A stretch of DNA of 64,000 nucleotides from Candidatus Tectimicrobiota bacterium (GTDB lineage Bacteria > JACPUC01): contig JACPUC010000006.1 in NCBI GenBank assembly GCA_016192455.1, positions 248,001-312,000 of the forward strand, read 5' to 3'. Below the pieces are notes generated by a model. The model saw nothing but the letters and a program-made list of their open reading frames with translations. It was not told the DNA's origin and did no database searches. Position numbers and translations under genes: made by a program. Below are positions 51,938 to 61,989 of the stretch, piece after piece. Positions within the stretch are counted from its first letter, which is position 1; every line of letters starts with the position of its first letter.

Positions 51938-53068
51938 CTACTGTAGATTGAAGAGTCGGGTGGGGTTGTCGTAGAGAATTTTCCGCAGCACCGTTTCCGG
52001 CAGATGCAGCCCTTTCACCGGCTCCGCGGGGAAGCCATCCATGGAGGCGGTGTAGGCCCGGCGCTCAAGCAAGGCGAGTTCGATGCTCAGCACCTTCCTG
52101 AGGTGGTCCGTGGGCGTCGTCTGCGCGATCACCTGGTCGCTTCCCCAGACAATTCTCTCCTGGTAGGTGGTGAAGAACTGCCTGACCTCGGTGGGGTTCC
52201 AATGGATGGAGCGGGCGTAGTAGGGGAAGCCCTGCCCCATGCTGACGTCGACGGCAAGGTTCGGATGGCGGTCGAGCATGCCGGCCAGCTCACGCAGCCC
52301 TCCGGGGTAGTGGTAGAGATTCCCCAGGTGGGCCAGGATCAGCCGGAGATTGGGGAAAAGGCGCAGTACCTCCTGGAACTCGCGATACAGTCGCGCGCTC
52401 CACTTCAGCTCGGCATGGATGATGACGGGGAGGTTGCGGTCGCTGCTGAAACGGTAGATGTCACGCAGGGGTGGGCTGTCGAGCGGCTCGCGGTAGAAGT
52501 ACGGATGCCCGGCCATCAGCTTCAGCCCCACGGCGCCTCGTGCCACGCTCTCCTGCAGCGAGGCGAGCGCCCCTGGGTTGTGATGATCGACGGTGGTGAA
52601 GGGAATGATGCGCCCTGGGTGGCTGCGGCTTGCCTGCAGAAGCGCCTCCAGGTGGAGCTCGTAACCCTGGTTGTTCGGCGCCTCGCCGGTGGGGAGAAAG
52701 ACTACCTTGGCGATGTTGAACTCATCCATCAGCTTGATGTACCGCGCCACGTCCATGCCGGCGCGAACGTGCTCGTGGGCATTGATGATCGGGTAGGGTC
52801 GCGCTCCGGCTGTCGCGGCGGACGAACCCTCGGCGGCCTTCAGCTTGCCGTGCAACTCCTGAGATGCTTGCGAGAGGCTCTCCAGGGCGGTGCGGTAATC
52901 ACCCAGCTCGTAGGCGCCCAAAGAGCGCAGCAGCATGTCCCGGAAGCTCGGTTGCGCCGCGCCCTGCCGCGGCAGCCCGAGCAGGAGCAGCGCGCCGACG
53001 GCCAGCAGCACGCCAGGCCATCGGCTGGCGCCGAGACTTCGACAAGCTGTGCTGTTTTCTTGGCGCAT
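51938..53068 (-). CDS. Exported amidohydrolase-2 family protein
   Basis: Signal peptide, INAHEH, GLK, PVIIH, ILAHLG, WGSD, YDNP; start uncertain. Confidence 0.85.
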   Translation of the reverse strand: MRQENSTACRSLGASRWPGVLLAVGALLLLGLPRQGAAQPSFRDMLLRSLGAYELGDYRTALESLSQASQELHGKLKAAEGSSAATAGARPYPIINAHEHVRAGMDVARYIKLMDEFNIAKVVFLPTGEAPNNQGYELHLEALLQASRSHPGRIIPFTTVDHHNPGALASLQESVARGAVGLKLMAGHPYFYREPLDSPPLRDIYRFSSDRNLPVIIHAELKWSARLYREFQEVLRLFPNLRLILAHLGNLYHYPGGLRELAGMLDRHPNLAVDVSMGQGFPYYARSIHWNPTEVRQFFTTYQERIVWGSDQVIAQTTPTDHLRKVLSIELALLERRAYTASMDGFPAEPVKGLHLPETVLRKILYDNPTRLFNLQ

Positions 53069-53188
53069 AAGCAACCGTTTCACTGCACCACCAGCAGCCG
53101 CGCGCGCCTGCGCGGGCGCACGCAGTGAAAACCCTGCGCCACGATCGGCGCAGGGCATTCACCGCGCGAAGCTTGGGCCTACGCCACC

Positions 53189-54400
53189 CTATGACGCGGG
53201 GGGAGGCGGAAGAGGTACTTCGCCGCCCGGAAGGGGCGTCCCTGGCGGGAAGCCTTCAGGTCCCGGCACGCCCGGCGGGAAGCCTTCAGGCCCCGGCACG
53301 CCCGGCGGGAAGCCTTCAGGCCCGAACTGACCCGGCTGACCTGGCTGCCCGAATCCTGGCACGCCCGGCTGTCCGAATCCTGGTGTTCCCGGCGGGAAGC
53401 CTTCAGGCCCGAACTGACCCGGCTGCCCCGGCTGCCCGAATCCTTGCGCGCCCGGCTGTCCGAATCCCGGTGTTCCCGGCGGGAAGCCTTCAGGCCCGAA
53501 CTGACCCGGCTGCCCCGGCTGCCCCGGCTGCCCGAATCCTGGCGCGCCCGGCTGTCCGAATCCTGGTGTTCCCGGCGGGAAGCCTTCAGGCCCAGGCTGA
53601 CCGGGTACTCCTGGCACGCCCGGCGGGAAGCCTTCAGGCCCGAACTGACCCGGCTGACCCGGCTGACCCGGTATCCCCGGTACTCCTGGCGGGAAGCCTT
53701 CAGGCCCAGGCTGACCGGGTACTCCGGGTATCCCGGGTATCCCGGGACCTCCCGGTCCCTGCGGACCACCTGGACCAAACTGGCCGGGCGGTGGACCGGG
53801 CTGTCCGGGAGGCGGACCGAGGAAGAGATCGAGAGAGATCGGGAATCCGGAAACTTCGTTTCCGTCACCCTTCAGGGCATGGATGCCACCTGTGGGCAGG
53901 CCACTGCTGAAATCGATGGTCACGAAGACCATCTCTTTCAGGCCGCCATCGTTGCCGTCGATGTCTTTCAGGAAGAAACCAAACTCACCGAGGATGGGCT
54001 CGGTAAGGGTTTTGGGGAAGCCGAGAAGGGTTTGACCGGCATTGTTGAACGCATAGATGACGTTGGGCAGGACGACAATGATCTCGTCGCCGCCGGTGGC
54101 GTCGATGTTGTCAATGAACATCTTGGGGAAATCGCTGGCCGGCTGTGGGCCTGGTCCCGCTTGGGGTCCCGGTCCAGGCTGTGGGCCTGGTCCCGCTTGG
54201 GGTCCCGGTCCAGGCTGCGGACCAGGTCCTCCTTGGGGACCCGGTCCCGGCGGCCCCGGCACGAAGCCTTCCGGCGCTGGAGGTCCCGGTGGCAAGCCCT
54301 CCTGGGCCATGCTCGGAAGCTGGCCGAGGAGCAGGGCAACCGCAAAAGCGAGGACCACTACCAGCGGCTTGACGCGTTGTGTGGTTGATCGGCTACGCAT
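53189..54400 (-). CDS. Secreted Pro/Gly/Gln-rich repeat protein with two FG-GAP-like motifs
   Basis: GGAGG RBS, signal peptide, [10 protein letters not shown] repeats, [15 protein letters not shown] and DIDGND..KE..GFP, 8 copies of GPEGFPPG. Confidence 0.8.
   Translation of the reverse strand: MRSRSTTQRVKPLVVVLAFAVALLLGQLPSMAQEGLPPGPPAPEGFVPGPPGPGPQGGPGPQPGPGPQAGPGPQPGPGPQAGPGPQPASDFPKMFIDNIDATGGDEIIVVLPNVIYAFNNAGQTLLGFPKTLTEPILGEFGFFLKDIDGNDGGLKEMVFVTIDFSSGLPTGGIHALKGDGNEVSGFPISLDLFLGPPPGQPGPPPGQFGPGGPQGPGGPGIPGIPGVPGQPGPEGFPPGVPGIPGQPGQPGQFGPEGFPPGVPGVPGQPGPEGFPPGTPGFGQPGAPGFGQPGQPGQPGQFGPEGFPPGTPGFGQPGAQGFGQPGQPGQFGPEGFPPGTPGFGQPGVPGFGQPGQPGQFGPEGFPPGVPGPEGFPPGVPGPEGFPPGTPLPGGEVPLPPPPAS
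53245..53760. repeat. Intragenic coding tandem repeats
   Basis: Recurring GGCGGGAAGCCTTCAGG(C)CC units with 9-bp GQP sub-repeats, in frame. Confidence 0.85.
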
Positions 54401-55253
54401 GCTGTTCCTCCCTACGGAACGATGTTCTGGCCGCACCCCAGGAAAGCAACTTGTCCTGAGCGTGCCTTGTCGGTTTTTCTGACCGCTTCACCTCCTTTCG
54501 TTATGTATCAGTGAGTATCACAGACGCTTTGCTCTGGCAAACTTGGTCCTGCGGCGGGCCAACCAGTTTCCGCAGCCTTCCTCGATCCTCGCTCGCAGCC
54601 CACAGCTCAAATTCGCCATCCATTCCCGGCGGCTTACCTCGTCCAGGCAGTGACACACCGGCACACTCCAATAGACGGACCGGTCCACTCCACTCTTGCC
54701 GCCGACCTCCAGGTTTCTTCCTGCCGCGGGGAACGGTGCACCTGAAAAAGGCTGACAATTCCTGTCACCGGATTGACAATTCGCGTCGGGCTTCCTGTCA
54801 CCTGAAGGGAAGTGCCCTCCTTGGAGAGAGCCCTGTGGCTGGCGCGATGAGCGGCCCTCGAGAGGCGTTTTCAAGCTGCTTCGCAGCCCTTGCTCCAGAA
54901 GGGGAACCAGCCACACCCCGTGGGTGTCCCGTCAAAGAGCAAGACTCATGCCGAGAGAGGAGGGATGATGAGGGGTTCGCCGCCGCGGCGATTGGGGCGG
55001 CAGACCCCCGCGCGGTCGGAGGGGGAGGCTGGTGGGCGGCGCGGTGTTGCCGGCCTGCTGCTTGATTTTCTCAAGCCACGCCGTATTGTAGTAATCTGGC
55101 GCTGGTGCACCGCGTCTGAGCATTGCGGCAGCAGCGACGGGCCCAGAAAGTGAGGCGTGCGGAGTTCCGCCCGGCCCTGGACGCAGGCTCTCCTGCTCTC
55201 GGCGTTGGAAACCCCCAGCGAGGCGATCCCTCTACTCCACTTGAGGATGATGT

Positions 55254-56018
55254 ATGAGTCGCTACACCACGGTTGTGTTGGACCTCTTTGATACGGTCGT
55301 CAACTTCGTCGAAGAGAAGATGCCGCTCTCAATCATCGCGGGCGAACCGGTGCGCACCACGAGCGGGGAGATCTATCCCCTCTTTGCCGGGCGCTATCCC
55401 GGGATCATCAATGATCCCGTCGGGTTTCACCGCACCTGGGTGGAGGTGTCGAAGGAGGTCTGGGCGGAGCGCGAAGCCCTGCATGTTGAGCAGTCGTCGC
55501 ATGAGCGCTTCCAGCGCTTCGCCGAGCGCCTCGGATTGCCCGCCTCCAATGGCCTGGCGGGGCTTATCGACGCCGCCGTGGAACGCCACATGCGGCTGCT
55601 GATCAACGCGACGGAGTTCCCGGCAGGGAACCGCGCCCTGCTCGAGCAGCTCCGCGGGGCCTACCGGCTCGGCCTGCTTTCGAACTTCGACCACACGCCG
55701 GCGGTGGACTGGCTGCTGGCGAACCATGGCCTGGAGGGAATGTTCGAGGCCATCATCGTCTCTGTGGAGTTGCGTATCCGCAAGCCGAAGCGGGAGATTT
55801 TCGAGGCGATGCTGGAGAAGTTAGGCGTGTCGGCGCGGGAGACGCTCTTCGTGGGCGACACCTTCCGCGCCGATGTGGTCGGCGCCAAGGCGGCAGGCAT
55901 GGACGTCGCCTGGCTCAACGCCAAGGGACGCGAGCCAGATGATCCAGGCGTGGTGCCGGAGTATACCATCGGCAGCCTGCCGGAGCTGCGCGGCATCCTC
56001 TTCGCCCAGCGCCCGTAA
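55254..56018 (+). CDS. HAD-superfamily hydrolase
   Basis: DLFDT motif I, LSN motif II, RKP, FVGD..ADV.GA motif IV. Confidence 0.9.
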   Translation: MSRYTTVVLDLFDTVVNFVEEKMPLSIIAGEPVRTTSGEIYPLFAGRYPGIINDPVGFHRTWVEVSKEVWAEREALHVEQSSHERFQRFAERLGLPASNGLAGLIDAAVERHMRLLINATEFPAGNRALLEQLRGAYRLGLLSNFDHTPAVDWLLANHGLEGMFEAIIVSVELRIRKPKREIFEAMLEKLGVSARETLFVGDTFRADVVGAKAAGMDVAWLNAKGREPDDPGVVPEYTIGSLPELRGILFAQRP

Positions 56019-56154
56019 GCCGCCGCCGCGCCTCGCCACGCAGCCCCGTAACCGAGACTCACCGGGGGCCGAAACCGCCACGCTCGCTCCGTAGCCTCGG
56101 CGCCGCAGGCTGCGGTGGTCTCGCTTCGCAGCGGTCGGGAGCTGCGGGGGAAGG

Positions 56155-56409
56155 CTACGATCCCTCCTCCGGGTCCCGAAACTGCTCCCACAGCCGGTCG
56201 AAGCGCGACTCGTAGATGAGGTCGTAGAGGTCCAGCCGGTCGGGGAAGAGTTCGGCGCACAGCTCGCGCGCCTCTTGCCGCTCAATAGCGATGTCCACCG
56301 CCGGCATATCAGTGAGGAGGATGAGGGTGCAGACGCGCTCGGTCGCCGTCCGCAGTTGTCGAAGTTTCTGCTCCTCGGCGCGCCGCGCGTGCTCGTGGTT
56401 GTCGCCCAC
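56155..56409 (-). CDS. Small conserved hypothetical protein (84 aa)
   Basis: GGAGGGGG RBS + GTG; motif LFPDRLDLYDLIYESRFDRLWEQFR. Confidence 0.75.
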   Translation of the reverse strand: MGDNHEHARRAEEQKLRQLRTATERVCTLILLTDMPAVDIAIERQEARELCAELFPDRLDLYDLIYESRFDRLWEQFRDPEEGS

Positions 56410-56451
56410 ACCCCCTCCGTCAGACAGGCATCCTGCCTGTTGAAGAAGCAT

Positions 56452-56569
56452 CACCGATGCACGCTGATGGACACCGATATCCTGTGAATGCGTGTCCAGC
56501 AATAGTTCCCTCGCTCCGCGTCTTCGCGGTGAATCCTGGTGCACCGCAGAGACGCAGAGACCGCAGAGG
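56452..56569. repeat. Short periodic inverted-repeat elements
   Basis: CACCGATGCACGCTGATGGACACCGAT with partial inverse; CTCCGCGTCTTCGCGGTG and CACCGCAGAGACGCAGAGACCGCAGAG. Confidence 0.65.
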
Positions 56570-56638
56570 CGTAGGACAAGCTTCCAGCCTATCGATCAAC
56601 CAACCCAGGCATCCTGCCCCCAGGGGAAGCGGCGCGTT

Positions 56639-57034
56639 CTACTCCCCGCGCGCCGCCACGGCCTCAATCTCCACCAGGAGATCGGGCAGCACCATCTGGG
56701 CAACCAGCGTTGAGCGCGCCGGACGGCTTGCCGGGTTCGGGAAGTAGCGGAAGTAGACCTCGTTCATGGCCGGGTAGTCCTCCACCCTGGCGATGAACAC
56801 CGTCGTCTTCAGCACGTCCTCCATGGATGCTCCGGCGGCGGCGAGGATCGCCTTGATGTTCTCGAGCACCTGCTCGGTCTGACGGGTGATATCCCCCTTG
56901 CCGACGAGTTGGCCCTGCGGGTCGAGGGCGACCTGCCCGGCGGTGAAGATGAACGGCCCCGAGCTCGTCGCCTGGGAGTAAGCATTCTTCACGGGCGCCG
57001 CCGCCCTGTCCGTGCGGATGATCGTCTTCGGCAT
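56639..57034 (-). CDS. RidA/YjgF family enamine-imine deaminase
   Basis: AYSQA, AGQVA, QVLENI, KTTVF, MNEVY, PARS, VEIEAVA. Confidence 0.93.
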   Translation of the reverse strand: MPKTIIRTDRAAAPVKNAYSQATSSGPFIFTAGQVALDPQGQLVGKGDITRQTEQVLENIKAILAAAGASMEDVLKTTVFIARVEDYPAMNEVYFRYFPNPASRPARSTLVAQMVLPDLLVEIEAVAARGE

Positions 57035-57147
57035 ACCGTCTCCTTGGCTAGAGGCGCACCATCCTCCCCGGCGCCGCGCTCCCCGGCATCACCTTTCCAG
57101 GAGCCAAGGTTGCTGGAGAACCCACCTCGCGCCTCGGCGCTGCCGCG

Positions 57148-57927
57148 CTAGCCAGCGAGGATTTGGCGATAGGCGCTCAGGATGCCTTGCATGGCTTTCC
57201 CCGCCGGTTCGCGGAGGAGCACCGTCGTGAAGTGGTCGTGCGGTGTGTCGCTGAGGTTGATGATGACGAGCTTGGCGTTGTTCATTGCCGCCTCGACCGG
57301 CATCCTGGCGGCGGGATGCACGACCAGGCTGGAGCCGATGACGAGGAAGAGATCGCAGGCGCGCGAGCGCTCCAGGGCCTCGCGCGTCTCCTGCTCGGGC
57401 ATGGCCTGGCCGAAGGAGATGGTATCGGGCTTCAAGGGACCGGAGCAGAGGTCGCAGTACGGGACCGCCACGCCGCCGCGGATGCGCTCGGAGACCTCCC
57501 CGCGGCTGGTGCGGGCGCCGCACTCCTGGCAGGAGACCGTGTGCACCGTGCCGTGCAGCTCGATCACCTTCTCCCGGCTGGTGCCGGCCCGCTGGTGCAA
57601 GCCGTCGACGTTCTGGGTGATGACGCAGTCGAGTTTGCCGAGTCGCTCGATCTCGACAAGGGCGTGGTGCGCCGCGTTCGGCTCGGCCTGCAGGATGGCG
57701 CCGAGGAACTCCTCGCTCATGCGCCAGTACTTGATGCGCGCCTCGTGGCTGGCCAGGAAGTTCTGGTAGAGGAAGTCCTGCGGATCGTAGCGTGACCAGA
57801 CCCCCCCAGGGCTGCGGAAGTCGGGAATGCCCGACTCGGTGCTGATGCCAGCGCCGGAGAAGGCGACGACTCGCCGCGCCTGGTCGATAAATGCGGCAAC
57901 CTTGCGGTACTTCTCGTCGCTGGTCAT
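57148..57927 (-). CDS. cobB: NAD-dependent protein deacylase (sirtuin, Sir2/CobB family)
   Basis: GAGISTESGIPDFRS, TQNVDGLH, ELHG, CxxC..CxxC zinc site, GSSLVV.PAA. Confidence 0.93.
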   Translation of the reverse strand: MTSDEKYRKVAAFIDQARRVVAFSGAGISTESGIPDFRSPGGVWSRYDPQDFLYQNFLASHEARIKYWRMSEEFLGAILQAEPNAAHHALVEIERLGKLDCVITQNVDGLHQRAGTSREKVIELHGTVHTVSCQECGARTSRGEVSERIRGGVAVPYCDLCSGPLKPDTISFGQAMPEQETREALERSRACDLFLVIGSSLVVHPAARMPVEAAMNNAKLVIINLSDTPHDHFTTVLLREPAGKAMQGILSAYRQILAG

Positions 57928-58086
57928 CGACGTGCCTCCCCACGCTTCAACTCAGCGCACCCCATACGCGGAGCCGCAGCGCAGCGTGGGGGAAGAGGGG
58001 GCGCGGGGGAGCGAAGCATCCGGGCCAGCCTCCTCCCCCTGCCGCTGCAACCCCGGCGCGCGGCGTGCGCTTCCGGCAGGCGGGGC

Positions 58087-59142
58087 TTATTTCGCCACGA
58101 TGCCGGCGGCCCGCTGCACGAAGCTCAGGTCGGTGTACTTCTTCGCCTCAATGCGGCCCTTGGCGAATTTCAGCTCGGCGGAGAGGTCGATGTTGCGTTG
58201 CAGCGCCTCGATGTTGGGGATTGCGTTCGGGCCCCGGTAGTAGTCGAACTCGCCGCCATACCAGGCGAACGCCTCGGCTGGGCGCTTCATGCGCTTCGCC
58301 GCCGCCGCCATCACCGCCGGCTTGTTGGCCGGATTGATGTACCAGTTCCAGGCGCGCACGTAGTCTTCGAAAAAGTCATTGTACGCATCGCGATGTTTCG
58401 TCAGCTCCTCGGTGCGTCCTACCAGAAAAAGGGTCTGGTAGGGGCCGATCGCATCGCTGGTGTTGAACAGGAAGCGGATGCCGCCGCGGCGCAGGGCAAG
58501 CACGGAGAAGGGGGGGACAAAGGCCGCGCACTGCACCTTGCCCTCCCGCAGCATAGCCTCTTGCGTTGCGAACTCGCCCTGGAGGGTCTGCACATCGCGC
58601 ACCGTATCCATCCCGGCCTTGTGGAGCATGGCCCGGAAGACCATATCCGTGGCGGTGCCAAAGGCGAAGATGTTGCAGACCTTGCCCTTCAAATCGCGCA
58701 CGGTCTTGATGCCGGAGGTTTCCAGGACCCCATAGCGAATGATGGCGTGGTTCTCGATCCCCTCCTGGCCGAGATCGGCGACCACCTTGATGTCGAGTCG
58801 GGCGTTGACCACCCCGTTCGCCAGACTGACCGGCGCCAGCATGCCGAGATCGATCTCCTTCGCGGCCAGGGCCTGCACCTGGATGGGAGTCTGGTCGATC
58901 GGCTTCTCGTTCACGGTGTAGCTCTTGCCGTAGTGCCGCAGGAGGTCGCGATTGATCGGCTCGTTGTACATCAGCCCAAGGAAGATGAGGGGGACGATGG
59001 TGGAGCTCCCCAGCCGGATTTCCAGCGGAGCCGCGGCGGCTGGAGCCCGCAGCGCGGGTCCGAGCAGCAGGAGGGTAAGAAGCAGGAAGAGAACGAGTCG
59101 CTGAACTCTGAAGGTTGCCACGCAGGAGCAGAAGGTACGCAT
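58087..59142 (-). CDS. ABC transporter substrate-binding protein (NMT1/SsuA-like), paralog of 34492-35529
   Basis: Signal peptide, IKTVRDLKGK; shares HYGK.YTVN and DYYR.PN..PN with the other SBP. Confidence 0.88.
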   Translation of the reverse strand: MRTFCSCVATFRVQRLVLFLLLTLLLLGPALRAPAAAAPLEIRLGSSTIVPLIFLGLMYNEPINRDLLRHYGKSYTVNEKPIDQTPIQVQALAAKEIDLGMLAPVSLANGVVNARLDIKVVADLGQEGIENHAIIRYGVLETSGIKTVRDLKGKVCNIFAFGTATDMVFRAMLHKAGMDTVRDVQTLQGEFATQEAMLREGKVQCAAFVPPFSVLALRRGGIRFLFNTSDAIGPYQTLFLVGRTEELTKHRDAYNDFFEDYVRAWNWYINPANKPAVMAAAAKRMKRPAEAFAWYGGEFDYYRGPNAIPNIEALQRNIDLSAELKFAKGRIEAKKYTDLSFVQRAAGIVAK

Positions 59143-59581
59143 CGGAGTCTCCTTCCGGCGCAGACCCCACTGCGAAATGGGATCTGACCGGTGCACCTCA
59201 GGGTGATGACAACGTGACAGGAGGTTGGTTATTGGCTCCCACTCTATGGAGCTGCCTATGGATTGTCAATTCGCGGCGCGGCGCCAGAAGCGCCTGCCGA
59301 GCGCCTCTCTTCAGGATTTCCCCAGGTTTCTGGGTTTCTCCGGCCCGCAAGGAGGGTTGCCCTCCGCCTTTGATGAGGTCCTTGGACAGCCGCGGCACCC
59401 TGCTTGCGGGGCAACCTGACGATCTGCTATAAGGTGAAGCATTTGCCGCGGCGCCACACGGCGAGGTCCGGGACTGCCGCACGGCCCCGCGCAAGGGGCG
59501 ACGCCGGGCCGCAGGCGCAGCGGGCAGAGGGGTAGTTCAGGGAATGGTTGCTGATACTTGCCCACGTAGAAGGATCGTACG

Positions 59582-60634
59582 ATGTCTTATGAACACGAAA
59601 TGGTAGGGCGCGTCCTCACCGTCGAGCGCGTGCGTGAGCTGAACGCGAAAGATTTCTTTTACCAGATTCTGAAGGAAAACCCTGAGATCACGAAGATTTA
59701 TCCCGGCATCGAGGACCCGATCCTGGAGGGCTCCATCGACCACCACATCCACTGCTATCCTGACTTCGTCTATCGCAGCCAAGATATGATCGACTGCGCC
59801 ATCGACGCGGCGAAGGCAAAGATGCAGGCGATCGCCTTCAAGGATCACTACAACCTGAGCGGCGGCGAAGCCTACCTGGTGCAGCAGTACATCGACGGCA
59901 TGGTGAAGCGCGGCGAACTGGAGCAGGGGGTGACGATCTATGGCGGCATCGGCCTGAACTTCGGGGTGCGGCCGGATGTCGTGAAGGTGGCGCTGAAGTA
60001 CCCCAACATGAAGATGCTCTGGTTCCCCACCTTCAACTCCGCCGGCTTCTTCCGCACCTGCGGGATGACCGGCGGCGTCCACCTCGTCGATGCGAAGCAG
60101 CACGTCCTCCCCGAGGTCGTGGAGGTGATGCACATGGCCAAGGAGGCCAAGGTGGGCATCGGCCTCGGCCATACCGACTTCTTCGAGCTGCTGCCCTTGA
60201 GTGAGAAGGCCAGGGAGATCGGCTGCCGCTGCGTCCTTGACCATCCCCTCCTGGAGCTGAACAAGCTCACCTTCGACGAGATGAAGCAGCTTGCCGCGAA
60301 CGGCGTTTACGTCGGCACCTACTGCCAGCCGATGATCCCCTCGATCTACCAGCCGGTTGCCGATCCGTTTGAGACAGTGCGGCTGATCAAGCACGTGGGG
60401 GCGGAATGTTGCATTGTCGGCGGCGATTTCGGCCAGGTCCTGCACATTAACAGCATCGACGGCCTGCGGGTGTTCGTGCGCGCCTGCTTGGCGTTCGGCA
60501 TTGATGAGGCGTCGCTGAACATCGCCTTGAAGGATAACCCGCGCAAACTCCTCTACCTCGACGACGCGCCGGACGCCGCCGCGGAGGCGCACCGCAGCGC
60601 CGACCGCCGTCAGCAGCACGTCTCGCACTCGTGA
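59582..60634 (+). CDS. Metal-dependent TIM-barrel hydrolase-like protein (DUF6282-like)
   Basis: IDHHIHCYPD, AFKDH, WFPT, GH, DHP, DFGQ, DNPRKLL. Confidence 0.8.
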   Translation: MSYEHEMVGRVLTVERVRELNAKDFFYQILKENPEITKIYPGIEDPILEGSIDHHIHCYPDFVYRSQDMIDCAIDAAKAKMQAIAFKDHYNLSGGEAYLVQQYIDGMVKRGELEQGVTIYGGIGLNFGVRPDVVKVALKYPNMKMLWFPTFNSAGFFRTCGMTGGVHLVDAKQHVLPEVVEVMHMAKEAKVGIGLGHTDFFELLPLSEKAREIGCRCVLDHPLLELNKLTFDEMKQLAANGVYVGTYCQPMIPSIYQPVADPFETVRLIKHVGAECCIVGGDFGQVLHINSIDGLRVFVRACLAFGIDEASLNIALKDNPRKLLYLDDAPDAAAEAHRSADRRQQHVSHS

Positions 60635-60807
60635 GGCAGGCTCCGCTGCCCTTGTCGCCGGCCTCAACCTCGCGTCCGCTCGGCAGCCGCGGTAAGATCG
60701 GCTGTGGGGGATCAATGCTCCCCTACAGCCTCCCACCCGGCTGTCGCCTCGCTCGCGGTTTCACCCCTTTGTCCTCCCTGCCCCCTCTGTCGGCCAGGTA
60801 ACGGTCA

Positions 60808-61284
60808 CTACGGCGCCAGCAGCTCGAGCGGCTCGGCCGGCACGTTGAGTTGCGGCCAGGTAGCCACGGCGCCGGTTGCGTCGGTGGCCGTTATTTGCAG
60901 CCCTTCAATGGTGAACTCGCCCGCGGGGAGGCTGTGCGGCGGAATGTCGCGGAACTCCGCGGTGTGAATGCCGTTGGCATCCCGACCGCTGAAGGTGGCG
61001 AAGACAACCCGCGCCGCTCCTAGAATCGGGTGGCTGCTGAGCATGCTGGCTTCCACCCTCAATGTTCCGCGTCCCCCGATGATCTGCGCCTGCAGCACGA
61101 CGTTCCCACCCTGGTTGGCGGTGAACGTGAGGGGCGACCGGCCCCATCCCGCCATCAGGATGACTGGGCTGGCGGGCACTGGTTCGGGCGCTGTTTCGTC
61201 CAACAGGGCGGTGCCGAAGGGGACGCCGAGCCCGGTGATGACGTCCTCAACGTCGCTGCCGTCCAGGTTGGCGCGGCGGATCGC
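60808..61284 (-). pseudogene. 3' remnant of a YWTD/LDLR-type propeller protein ending in a MAG...WP domain
   Basis: IRRANLDGSDVEDVITGLGVPFGTALLD followed by SPVILMAGW...ATDATG..TWPQLNV; in-frame TGA at 61285-61287, no signal peptide. Confidence 0.65.
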
Positions 61285-61361
61285 TCACCCGGGTGGCGCG
61301 CCTAGCCATTGACGGCAGGGAAGGGGGAGGAGGGCCGGCTGCGGGAGCGGTTCGAAGATCG

Positions 61362-61718
61362 CTACCCCGGTTCGTCAAGCTGCTCGAGCAGGCCCAGCAT
61401 CTCCTGGCGGTGGTAGTGGTGGTAGGCTTGGCGTGCCGCCTCGATGCCGCGCTGCAACCAGCGGCGCGCCTCATCCGGACGCTCCAAGGCTAGCGCGGCG
61501 CGCGCCAGAAGCTGGTAGGCCGCGGTATTGGTCGGCTCGCCGGCAACTGCGGCGCTGAGGTGACTGATGGCCTCCGCGTAGGCGCCGCGGTCATACGCCG
61601 CCACGCCGAGCGCGTAGCGCGGCGTTGCGTCGTCGGGCCGGAGCAGATGCTCCTCGCGGAAGAGCGCCTCGCGCCAGTCGCGGTAGCCGCCGGATGGTCC
61701 GGCGTCCTTCCTCTCCAT
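61362..61718 (-). CDS. Tetratricopeptide repeat protein
   Basis: YALGVAAY..G.Y.EA, AYQLLARA..A..EA..WL..GI; RBS GGGAG. Confidence 0.8.
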   Translation of the reverse strand: MERKDAGPSGGYRDWREALFREEHLLRPDDATPRYALGVAAYDRGAYAEAISHLSAAVAGEPTNTAAYQLLARAALALERPDEARRWLQRGIEAARQAYHHYHRQEMLGLLEQLDEPG

Positions 61719-61806
61719 GGCAGCTCCCCATGGGCCTTCGGCCCGCCCGCAAGGTCATGAAAATAAGCGCACACTTCTTTCTCAGCAGTTTTCCATGCCC
61801 TCGACC

Positions 61807-61989
61807 GCAGGGGCGGTTCGCGAACCGCCCCTACCAGCGGGATGCAAAGAACCACTGATGAACACGGATTGACACTGATATCTGTGTACATCCGTGTCCA
61901 TCCGTGGTTCTTTCCCCTACCTTCTCCGCGTTCTCTGCGTCTCCGCGGTGCACGCCATTGAACCGCAGAGGCGCGGAGAACGCAGAGGT
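61807..61989. repeat. REP-like palindrome plus two periodic hairpin repeats
   Basis: Perfect palindrome AGGGGCGGTTCGCGAACCGCCCCT with CTAC foot; GAACCACTGATGAACACGGAT..ATCCGTGTCCATCCGTGGTTC; CTCCGCGTTCTCTGCGTCTCCGCGG..CCGCAGAGGCGCGGAGAACGCAGAG. Confidence 0.8.

Noticed and set aside
53245-53760. Possible CRISPR-like array (recurring GGCGGGAAGCCTTCAGG)
   Set aside because: The intervening segments are themselves repetitive and in frame; they encode GPEGFPPG repeats of a protein, and no cas genes are present.
57148-57927. Sir2 as an anti-phage defence NADase (Thoeris/DSR-like)
   Set aside because: It is a canonical zinc-binding CobB-type deacylase in a housekeeping context with no defence partners.
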